From Patescibacteria group bacterium (GTDB lineage Bacteria > Patescibacteriota > Minisyncoccia > RBG-13-40-8-A): a stretch of DNA of 51,389 bases. The DNA is taken from the NCBI GenBank assembly GCA_022705575.1, contig JAKJED010000001.1:1-51389 (forward strand), read 5' to 3'. Below the pieces are notes generated by a model. That model saw nothing but the letters and a program-made list of their open reading frames with translations, had not been told where the DNA came from and searched no databases. The translations under genes were made by a program, and so were the position numbers. This document shows, in pieces, positions 27,981-35,895 of this stretch; position 1 is the stretch's first letter; every line of letters begins with the position of its first letter.

Positions 27981-30467
27981 ATGTTGGGCAAATTATTCGG
28001 TGATCCGAATAAAAAATATTTGAATAAAATCCAATCAATAGTGGATAAAATAAATAAGCTTGAATTTGAATTCGAGCATTTTTCAAATGAAGCATTAAAA
28101 CAAAAAACAGAAGAATTTAAGAATAAAATTAAGAATTACGGAGGACAGTCCTCCGTAATTCTTAATGATATTTTGCCTGAAGCGTTTGCTGTTGTCAGAG
28201 AGGTGGCCAAAAGAACTTTAAAACAAAGACATTTTGATGTGCAGTTAATTGGAGGAATTGTTTTACATCAGGGCAAAATTGCAGAGATGAAAACCGGAGA
28301 AGGAAAAACTTTGACCGCTACTCTCGCGTTGTATTTGAATGCGTTAGAGGGTAAGGGTGCGCAATTGGTTACGGTTAATGATTACCTTGCCAGAAGAGAT
28401 ATGGTTTGGATGGGGCAGATTTATAATTTTTTAGGATTAAGCGTGTCTTGTATTAATCACGAGAAATCGTTTATTTATGACCCCGCTTATGCTAAAACTG
28501 TTGCGGGTAAACCCGAATTAGAATTAGACGCAGAACGTGATGAGTTGGGTAAGTTTAAAATTGTAGAAGATTATTTAAGGCCTTGTACCAGGAAAGAAGC
28601 ATACGAAGCAGATATTCTTTATGGCACAAACAACGAATTCGGATTTGATTATTTACGTGATAATATGGCCTATGACAAATCACAAATTGTGCAAAAAATA
28701 TATAATTATGCGATAGTTGATGAAGTAGATAGTATTTTAATTGATGAAGCGCGAACTCCATTAATCATATCTGCTCCGGATGTTGAATCGGCTGATTTAT
28801 ATAAGAAATTTTCTAAAATTGTTCCTCAACTTAAAAAAGATATTGATTTTAAAATTGACGAAAAAATGCGTGCAGCGACCATGACTAATGAGGGAATGGA
28901 TAAGATTGAAAAAGTTTTGGGCATAGGCAATATTTATGAAGAAACAAGTATTCAAATTGTGCATCACATAGAACAGGCGTTACGCGCAGAATTTTTATTT
29001 AAACGGGATAAAGATTATGTTGTTAACAATAATGAAGTGATAATTATTGACGAATTTACGGGCAGGATGATGCCGGGGAGAAGATATTCGGGTGGACTTC
29101 ATCAAGCATTGGAAGCAAAAGAAAATGTATTAGTGCAGAAAGAATCAAAAACAATGGCAACAATTACTTTTCAAAACTATTTTCGTATGTACAAAAAATT
29201 GGCAGGAATGACCGGGACAGCATTGAGTAGCGCTGAAGAATTTGATAGGGTTTATAAGTTAGATACGATTGTAATTCCAACCAATAATCCGATGATCAGG
29301 CAAGATTTACAAGATCAAATTTATAAAACCGAACAAGGTAAATTTAAGGCGATTATTGAAGAAATTAAACAAAGACATAAAAATGGTCAGCCGATTTTGA
29401 TTGGCACTATTTCAATTGAAAAAAATGAATATTTGGGCGCATTATTAAAAAGAGAAGGAATCAAATGCGAAATTTTAAATGCTAAACAACACGAGAAAGA
29501 AGGAGCAATTATTGCACAAGCGGGAAAATTGGGTGCAGTTACGGTTGCGACCAATATGGCGGGGCGTGGAGTGGATATTGTTTTGGGAGGTAATCCGCAA
29601 GATATCGAAGAGGCGCAAAAAATTAAAGAATTGGGAGGGCTTCATGTTTTGGGTACAGAACGCCATGAAGCGCGTAGAATAGATAATCAATTAAGGGGAA
29701 GGTCAGGGAGACAAGGGGATTCGGGTTCAACGCAATTTTTTGTATCATTAGAAGATGAATTAATGCAAAGATTTGGCGCAGATAGAATAAAGAATTTAAT
29801 GGATATGTTGAAAGTGCCCGAAGATCAGCCAATTAAAAATAAAATGATTTCTTCAGCGATTGAAAAAGCGCAAGCAAAAATTGAAGGATATAATTTTGAT
29901 ATTCGCAAACATGTTCTTGAATATGATGAAGTAATGAATAGACAGAGAGAAGCAATCTACAATATGCGTAAAGAAATTTTATTTAATTCGACTGATGAAG
30001 AAATTCATAATAAAGTTAAGGAGTTGATGGATGATGAGGGGTTTAAAGAATATGGTGAAAAAATAAAAGGTTTGTCGGCAGACGAGATTGGTAATGTAGA
30101 AAAATTTGTAATGTTGCGCACAATTGATATGCTCTGGATGGAGCATTTGGAAACAATGGAATGTTTGCGCGATAGTGTAAATTTACGTGCTTATGGACAA
30201 CGCGATCCATTGGTTGAATATAAAAATGAAGGTCATCGTTTATTTAAACAGATGATGAATGAAATTGATAATTCAATTGTAGAAATGTTGTTAAAGGTAG
30301 AATTAAAGCCGAACAATCAAGATACAAGAAACAAGATACAAACAAATAATAATAATCAAATTTCAAAATCTAAACATATCGGACGGAATGATCCTTGTCC
30401 ATGCGGAGCGACCCATGCAGACGGTCGACCAATAAAATATAAACATTGTTGTGGCAAAAACGCATAA
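27981..30467 (+). CDS. secA: Preprotein translocase ATPase SecA
   Basis: MKTGEGKTL Walker A, VDEVDSILIDEARTPLIIS, TNMAGRGVDI, GRSGRQGD. The Cys-rich tail DPCPCGATHADGRPIKYKHCCG is atypical. Confidence 0.95.
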   Translation: MLGKLFGDPNKKYLNKIQSIVDKINKLEFEFEHFSNEALKQKTEEFKNKIKNYGGQSSVILNDILPEAFAVVREVAKRTLKQRHFDVQLIGGIVLHQGKIAEMKTGEGKTLTATLALYLNALEGKGAQLVTVNDYLARRDMVWMGQIYNFLGLSVSCINHEKSFIYDPAYAKTVAGKPELELDAERDELGKFKIVEDYLRPCTRKEAYEADILYGTNNEFGFDYLRDNMAYDKSQIVQKIYNYAIVDEVDSILIDEARTPLIISAPDVESADLYKKFSKIVPQLKKDIDFKIDEKMRAATMTNEGMDKIEKVLGIGNIYEETSIQIVHHIEQALRAEFLFKRDKDYVVNNNEVIIIDEFTGRMMPGRRYSGGLHQALEAKENVLVQKESKTMATITFQNYFRMYKKLAGMTGTALSSAEEFDRVYKLDTIVIPTNNPMIRQDLQDQIYKTEQGKFKAIIEEIKQRHKNGQPILIGTISIEKNEYLGALLKREGIKCEILNAKQHEKEGAIIAQAGKLGAVTVATNMAGRGVDIVLGGNPQDIEEAQKIKELGGLHVLGTERHEARRIDNQLRGRSGRQGDSGSTQFFVSLEDELMQRFGADRIKNLMDMLKVPEDQPIKNKMISSAIEKAQAKIEGYNFDIRKHVLEYDEVMNRQREAIYNMRKEILFNSTDEEIHNKVKELMDDEGFKEYGEKIKGLSADEIGNVEKFVMLRTIDMLWMEHLETMECLRDSVNLRAYGQRDPLVEYKNEGHRLFKQMMNEIDNSIVEMLLKVELKPNNQDTRNKIQTNNNNQISKSKHIGRNDPCPCGATHADGRPIKYKHCCGKNA

Positions 30468-30518
30468 TTTAAGTTAACCAAGCGGAGTCCCGCCGTAGCT
30501 TTAGCGAAGGCGGATGGT

Positions 30519-30554
30519 AGCGGTAAGAAATATAAAAAGTGTTGCGGGGAATAA
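30519..30554 (+). other. In-frame relic of a canonical SecA SEC-C tail (SGKKYKKCCGE-stop) downstream of the secA stop
   Basis: In the secA reading frame, 17 codons after the TAA at 30465-30467, the sequence reads ...ADG SGKKYKKCCGE stop. Confidence 0.5.
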
Positions 30555-30558
30555 ATAT

Positions 30559-31110
30559 ATGAACAAACAAATAAAATTAATTAGAAAATGCGAGTGGGAG
30601 GAGGTATTTTTGGCGTGGTATAAAAACGAAGGAGAAAAAGAAAACTGGAATGCAATTGCCAAAGAAAGAGGATTCGCTTCGTGGGCTGATTGGAGATTAA
30701 AGGGTTATGCCAAACGCTTTAAATGCGCCAAAGCTGATTGGGGGTTTTATGAAATAAGCAATCCTTCAAAAATAGTTTCACAATGGTTTGGAGGACCGTT
30801 TAGAAGTTGGATAGAAAAATTTTATAATAATAAAATTACCAAATCTTTTGCGCAATTGGCAGTGAACCCAGATATTGTAAATTATCCGCCGATAAAATCA
30901 ATGGCAAAAAATTATCCCAAAAATTCAATAATCACCGCATTGGAATTAAAAAATAAAAAGATTTTTGTTATTGAAGGAATGCATCGTTCGTGCGCCTTGG
31001 CGTTAATGCAAAAACAGGGAAAGTCGTTTTCCGGCAAGTTAATTTTTGCCATTGGCAAATCTAATCTTTCCGAACTTCCCCGTGCCGGCAAAAATACAAA
31101 TAAAAAATGA
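30559..31110 (+). CDS. Hypothetical protein (possible ParB/Srx-fold motif)
   Basis: ATG at 30559 (MNKQIKLIRK...) is preferred over 30514, which would read through the SEC-C relic in another frame. FVIEGMHRSCALAL loosely resembles the DGxHR motif of ParB/sulfiredoxin-like domains. Confidence 0.45.
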   Translation: MNKQIKLIRKCEWEEVFLAWYKNEGEKENWNAIAKERGFASWADWRLKGYAKRFKCAKADWGFYEISNPSKIVSQWFGGPFRSWIEKFYNNKITKSFAQLAVNPDIVNYPPIKSMAKNYPKNSIITALELKNKKIFVIEGMHRSCALALMQKQGKSFSGKLIFAIGKSNLSELPRAGKNTNKK

Positions 31111-31114
31111 AAAC

Positions 31115-31143
31115 TTGCCAAAAATAAAATTTTGATATAGAAT
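31115..31143 (+). promoter_or_regulatory. Sigma70-type promoter TTGCCA-17-TAGAAT upstream of secD
   Basis: TTGCCA at 31115-31120 and TAGAAT at 31138-31143. Only 8 nt separate the -10 box from the secD ATG. Confidence 0.45.
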
Positions 31144-31151
31144 AAAAACTT

Positions 31152-32558
31152 ATGTCATTTATCAAGAATCGACCAAATGTCCAAAAAACAGGATATGCGG
31201 CAAAACAAAAAACAAAAATCCGACTAGTTATACTAGGGATTTTTATTTTTGTTATTTTAGCCGGAAGCTTGGTTTATCCTAATGTGTGGGATAGAACAAT
31301 AAACTGGATTAATTCTAACGCTCATTTAGGACTACCGACATTTCATAAATTGCCATTTAAATTAGGATTGGATTTACAGGGCGGAACGCATTTAATTTAT
31401 TCTGTTGATCTTTCGAATATTAATGAGGATGACAGAGACAATTCTTTAAATGGAATTAGGGATGTTATTGAAAGAAGGGTGAATATGTTTGGTGTTTCCG
31501 AAGCGATTGTTCAAGTTAATAAAGCAGAAGATGCATATCGTTTGATTGTTGATTTACCGGGGGTTAAAGATGTTCATGAGGCCATAAAAATGATTGGCGA
31601 AACGCCGTATCTTGAATTTAAAACAGAAAGAACAACAGAAGAAACAAATATTATTTTAGAAAAACAGAAAGCAGGAGATCAAACTGCCCTGGCAACAGAC
31701 GCTTATTTCGAATCAACACAACTTACAGGCAGGTTTTTAAAAAATTCTCAGTTATCTTTTGATCAAACCACTTATCAACCGTATGTTTTATTGGAATTTA
31801 ATGATGAGGGTGCAAAGATTTTTGCCGAATTGACTAAAAATAATATTGGTAAAACAGTAGCAATTTATTTAGATGGCGCGCCAATTAGCATTCCGAGAGT
31901 AAACGAAGAAATTCCCAGTGGAAAAGCACAGATTAGCGGCAATTTTACACAAAAAGAAGCAAAGCAATTAGCAGAAAGATTAAATGCCGGAGCGTTGCCT
32001 GTGCCGATTATCTTAATTGGTCAACAAAGCATCGAGGCATCTTTGGGGCAAGATTCTTTAAGGCAGAGTTTAAAAGCGGGAATTATCGGATTTTTGATTA
32101 TTCTTTTGTTTATGATTGTTTTTTATAGATTAAGCGGATTTTTTGCCGGTTTATCTTTAGTAATTTATATTATTGGTCTTTTAGCGATTTTTAAACTTAT
32201 TCCGGTGACCTTGACATTATCGGGTATTGCTGGATTTTTACTTTCTATGGGTATGGCAGTGGATGCGAATATTTTGATTTTTTCCCGAACAAGAGAAGAA
32301 TTGAAATCGGGAAGATATTTTGCCGATGCGTTGAATAATGGTATTAAAAGAGCGTGGCCGTCTATTCGTGACGGTAATTTCACAACCATTTTAGTGGGAG
32401 TTGTGTTGTTTTTGTTTGGAACCGGATTTGTAAAGGGCTTTGCGCTTACATTAGTTTTGGGAAACATTATTAGCATGTTTTCAGCAATTGTAATTACTAA
32501 TTATTTAATTAAATTCTTTTTAGGATTAAGAGAAACAAAGAAAAAAATCTGGTTATGA
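31152..32558 (+). CDS. secD: Protein translocase subunit SecD
   Basis: N-terminal TM, periplasmic domain with LGLDLQGG, and a C-terminal 5-TM bundle. ATGA overlap with secF. Confidence 0.9.
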   Translation: MSFIKNRPNVQKTGYAAKQKTKIRLVILGIFIFVILAGSLVYPNVWDRTINWINSNAHLGLPTFHKLPFKLGLDLQGGTHLIYSVDLSNINEDDRDNSLNGIRDVIERRVNMFGVSEAIVQVNKAEDAYRLIVDLPGVKDVHEAIKMIGETPYLEFKTERTTEETNIILEKQKAGDQTALATDAYFESTQLTGRFLKNSQLSFDQTTYQPYVLLEFNDEGAKIFAELTKNNIGKTVAIYLDGAPISIPRVNEEIPSGKAQISGNFTQKEAKQLAERLNAGALPVPIILIGQQSIEASLGQDSLRQSLKAGIIGFLIILLFMIVFYRLSGFFAGLSLVIYIIGLLAIFKLIPVTLTLSGIAGFLLSMGMAVDANILIFSRTREELKSGRYFADALNNGIKRAWPSIRDGNFTTILVGVVLFLFGTGFVKGFALTLVLGNIISMFSAIVITNYLIKFFLGLRETKKKIWL

Positions 32559-33472
32559 ATATAAATTTTATAAAATATCATAAATTAAATTATTTGTTTT
32601 TCGGAATTTTGGTCGTGGCGACAATCGCATGTTTAATAATTTTTGGTTTGAATTTAGGAATTGATTTTTTGGGAGGAACGTTGTGGGAGATTAATTTTTC
32701 CGTTCAAGATGAATTTGAATTGGTTGAACAAGTTCGTCCAAACAACGAGATTATTCAAAATGCTTTGAATAGTTTTAATTTAGGAGAAATAGTTATTCAA
32801 CCCACAGACAATAACGGAATAATTTTAAGATTTAAGGACGTAGATGAAAATACGCACCAAGCGATGTTAACAAAATTGAATGAAATTTCTATTGTTAAAG
32901 AAAAAAGATTTGAAAGTATCGGTCCAACAATTGGTAAGGAATTAAAAGAAAAGACCATCGCATTGATAATCATTTCATTGATTGTTTTATTGATTTATAT
33001 TGCTATTTCTTTTAGAAAATTAAAATGGCCAATTGCGAGCTGGCAATACGGAATTGTTTCAATAATCACCTTAGCGTTAGATGTTTTGGTAACTTTGTTG
33101 GTTTTAATTTTATTGGGAAAATTTTATAATGTTCAGCTTAATATTGCGATTGTAGCTGCGCTATTAACCATTATTGGTTATACAATCAATGATAAGGTTA
33201 TTGTTTTCGATAGGGTGAGGGAAAATATTTTAAAAGAAAGAATGGGTAGTTTTTCGGAAACGGTTAATAAAAGTTTAAATCAAATATTAGGAAGGTCGTT
33301 AAGCACTGGTGCTTGTACATTAATTATTTTATTTGTTTTGTTTTTTCTTGGCGGGGAAACGTTAAAATATTTTTCTTTAACTTTAATTATAGGAATTATT
33401 GTCGGCACTTATACGTCTTTATTTGTTGCGAGTTCTATTTTAGTTTCTTGGGGGTTGAGAGGAAAGGGATAA
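32555..33472 (+). CDS. secF: Protein translocase subunit SecF
   Basis: GIDFLGGT, then a C-terminal TM bundle with INDKVIVFDRVREN, typical of SecF. Confidence 0.9.
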   Translation: MNINFIKYHKLNYLFFGILVVATIACLIIFGLNLGIDFLGGTLWEINFSVQDEFELVEQVRPNNEIIQNALNSFNLGEIVIQPTDNNGIILRFKDVDENTHQAMLTKLNEISIVKEKRFESIGPTIGKELKEKTIALIIISLIVLLIYIAISFRKLKWPIASWQYGIVSIITLALDVLVTLLVLILLGKFYNVQLNIAIVAALLTIIGYTINDKVIVFDRVRENILKERMGSFSETVNKSLNQILGRSLSTGACTLIILFVLFFLGGETLKYFSLTLIIGIIVGTYTSLFVASSILVSWGLRGKG

Positions 33473-33503
33473 AGGCGAGTAAATCCGTCAGAAGCGGATA
33501 AGC

Positions 33504-33532
33504 TTGACAGGTTATTTTTTATGTAGTATATT
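33504..33532 (+). promoter_or_regulatory. Sigma70-type promoter TTGACA-17-TATATT
   Basis: TTGACA at 33504-33509 and TATATT at 33527-33532. The ATG is at 33542, 9 nt after the -10 box. Confidence 0.5.
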
Positions 33533-33541
33533 ATTATCAAT

Positions 33542-34582
33542 ATGTTTAAAAAAACAACATTTCCAAAGGAGGTTTCTATTAAGATTGAGAGGGCTTTATC
33601 TTATTTAACGAATCCGCGAACAAGAGAAGTTGTTGAGCGTAGATTTGGTTTGAAAGATGGTAAAATTGAAACATTAGAAGCGATTGGTAAGAATTATGGA
33701 ATAACCCGGGAAAGAGTAAGACAATTGGAAGAAAATGGATTAAAAATTTTAAAATCAGAAAAAGTATTGCCTTTATTCGGAGCAGCTTTTAATTTTTTAG
33801 GTGAATTATTTTCCGAACATGGACATATCATCGGTGAGAACCGTTTATATTTTACCGCAACCGGAACAATAGACCCCAATCCATTAAGAGGACAAATTTA
33901 TTTAGCGTTAACTCTTGGAGATTCGTTTAAGAGAGTAATCAAAGATGACAAGTTTCATCCTTATTGGGTTAGTCATGAAACAGCTCAAGAAAAAGCAAAA
34001 AAGATAGTAGATTTTTTAATTGATTATTTCAAGAAAAACAATAAAGTTTTTTGTGAATCGGAAATAATGGATTTACTTTCTAAAAAACATTCGAACTGTC
34101 CAGCGAAAATGTTTGAAACAGTTTTGGAAATTTCCAAAAATATAGATAAAAATATTTTTAATGAGATTGGACTGAATTCTTGGCCGGATATTATTCCTCA
34201 AGGGGTTAGAGATAGAGCGTATTTAATGCTCAAAAAAGATGGTGCGCCGAAACATTTTACTAAAATTGCAGAAATGATTAATAATGTTTTTAAAAATAAA
34301 CCCGCTTATACGCAAACAGTTCATAATGAATTGATTAAAGATCCAAGATTTGTTTTAGTTGGCAGGGGTACGTATGCTTTGACTGATTGGGGTTATGAAG
34401 CAGGCACGGTTGAAGATGTTATTTGCAAGGTTTTATCTCAAAACAAAAAACCATTGGATAGAAAAGAAATAATTGATTTAGTGTTGGCAAAGAGACAAGT
34501 TAAGCCGAATACAATTATTTTGAATCTTCATAAGTCTAAGAAAATAAGAAAAACAGCAGACGATAAATATATATTAGTTTAA
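33542..34582 (+). CDS. DNA-binding protein with sigma-70 region-4-like HTH and C-terminal winged-helix (HARE-HTH-like) domain
   Basis: RTREVVERRFGLKDGKIETLEAIGKNYGITRERVRQLEENGLKILK is a sigma region 4.2-like HTH. The C-terminal KPLDRKEIIDLVLAKRQVKPNTIILNL resembles HARE-HTH. Confidence 0.6.
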   Translation: MFKKTTFPKEVSIKIERALSYLTNPRTREVVERRFGLKDGKIETLEAIGKNYGITRERVRQLEENGLKILKSEKVLPLFGAAFNFLGELFSEHGHIIGENRLYFTATGTIDPNPLRGQIYLALTLGDSFKRVIKDDKFHPYWVSHETAQEKAKKIVDFLIDYFKKNNKVFCESEIMDLLSKKHSNCPAKMFETVLEISKNIDKNIFNEIGLNSWPDIIPQGVRDRAYLMLKKDGAPKHFTKIAEMINNVFKNKPAYTQTVHNELIKDPRFVLVGRGTYALTDWGYEAGTVEDVICKVLSQNKKPLDRKEIIDLVLAKRQVKPNTIILNLHKSKKIRKTADDKYILV

Positions 34583-34613
34583 TCTGCTATTTAAAATTTA
34601 ACAATCAAAATTA

Positions 34614-35891
34614 ATGCTTGAAGATGCTTTAAGTGTTTATAAATATATAATCGTAAGCTATTGGTGGATTATCGCACCGGTGGCTCTTTTTTTATTTTCA
34701 AACAAATATTGGCTTGATTATATGACCAAAAAGTATTTAATGGAGTTAAAGTGGATTATGTTAGAGATAAAATTTCCTCGTGAAGTAATGAAGACTCCGA
34801 AAGCAATGGAACAATTTTTTGCTGGACTTCACGCAGCGCAAAAAGATCCGAAAAAGAAAGATAGATATTTAAAAGGAACTTTGGCACCGTGGTTTAGTAT
34901 TGAAATTTTGGGACATGGGGGAGGAATTTATTTTTATGTTAGAACCGAATCAAAATACAGAAATTTAGTTGAATCGCATTTATATGCGCAATATCCACAA
35001 ATAGAAATTATGGAAGTTGAAGATTATATATTTAATTTACCCTCTGAAACACCAACTAAAGAATTGGATGCTTGGGGAACAGAATTAATTTTAAACAAAG
35101 AAGATGCTTATCCGATTAGAACATATCCGGTATTTTTTGAAGACAAGGAAGCAGAAGAAAGAACCGATCCTATTGCTGGACTTTTTGAATTTTTAAGCAG
35201 TTTAAATCCGCAAGAAAGTATTGGCATACATATTTTAATTAGTCCTACTGATGATAAATGGAAAGAATCAGGCGAAAAATTGGTCGCTAAAATGGTAGGC
35301 AAAGAAGTGAAAACAGACAAAAAAGAGGGATTATTGGTTATTAAAGAAAGCAGTAGTTGGATTCATGCCATTATTGATGGAATTATAAAATTTTTTGTTG
35401 GAGAAAGTGGAGGCGTTAAAGACGTCAAAAAAGAAGAAAAAAGCGTTATCCCATTTTTGACTCCGGGACAAAAAGAAGTAGCTATGGCAATAGAAAAAAA
35501 TATTTCTAAAATTGGGTTTAAGACAATGATTAGATTTTTATATTGGGCGCCGAAAGAAATTTTTGACAAAGACAAACCAACGGTTGCAGCTGGATTTTTT
35601 AGACAATTTAATACGCAAAATTTAAATGGTTTCAAAATAAATAAAAAAGTTACGCCCGGCAGAGGTAAAATATTTAAAAAACGAAGAGAAATTGGTCAGA
35701 AAAGATTTTTTGTGGGAATTTTTAAAAAACGATATTTCCCGGGACATAAAATTAAAACGCGAGGATTTATTTTCAATATTGAAGAATTGGCGACTATTTT
35801 TCATATTCCGGGAACATTTGTAGAGGCAGAAAAATTATCTAAGATTGGTGCAAAAAAAGGCAGTCCTCCATCTGACCTTCCGATGATATAA
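34614..35891 (+). CDS. Membrane-anchored protein of unknown function (partner of the downstream ATPase; homologous to the N-terminal half of 44531-46975)
   Basis: N-terminal TM YIIVSYWWIIAPVALFLF. Motifs AMEQFFAGLHA and EELATIFHIPG are mirrored in the fused paralog (VMEQFLSGLGALH, EEVASIFHFPL). Confidence 0.7.
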   Translation: MLEDALSVYKYIIVSYWWIIAPVALFLFSNKYWLDYMTKKYLMELKWIMLEIKFPREVMKTPKAMEQFFAGLHAAQKDPKKKDRYLKGTLAPWFSIEILGHGGGIYFYVRTESKYRNLVESHLYAQYPQIEIMEVEDYIFNLPSETPTKELDAWGTELILNKEDAYPIRTYPVFFEDKEAEERTDPIAGLFEFLSSLNPQESIGIHILISPTDDKWKESGEKLVAKMVGKEVKTDKKEGLLVIKESSSWIHAIIDGIIKFFVGESGGVKDVKKEEKSVIPFLTPGQKEVAMAIEKNISKIGFKTMIRFLYWAPKEIFDKDKPTVAAGFFRQFNTQNLNGFKINKKVTPGRGKIFKKRREIGQKRFFVGIFKKRYFPGHKIKTRGFIFNIEELATIFHIPGTFVEAEKLSKIGAKKGSPPSDLPMI

Positions 35892-35895
35892 TTTT

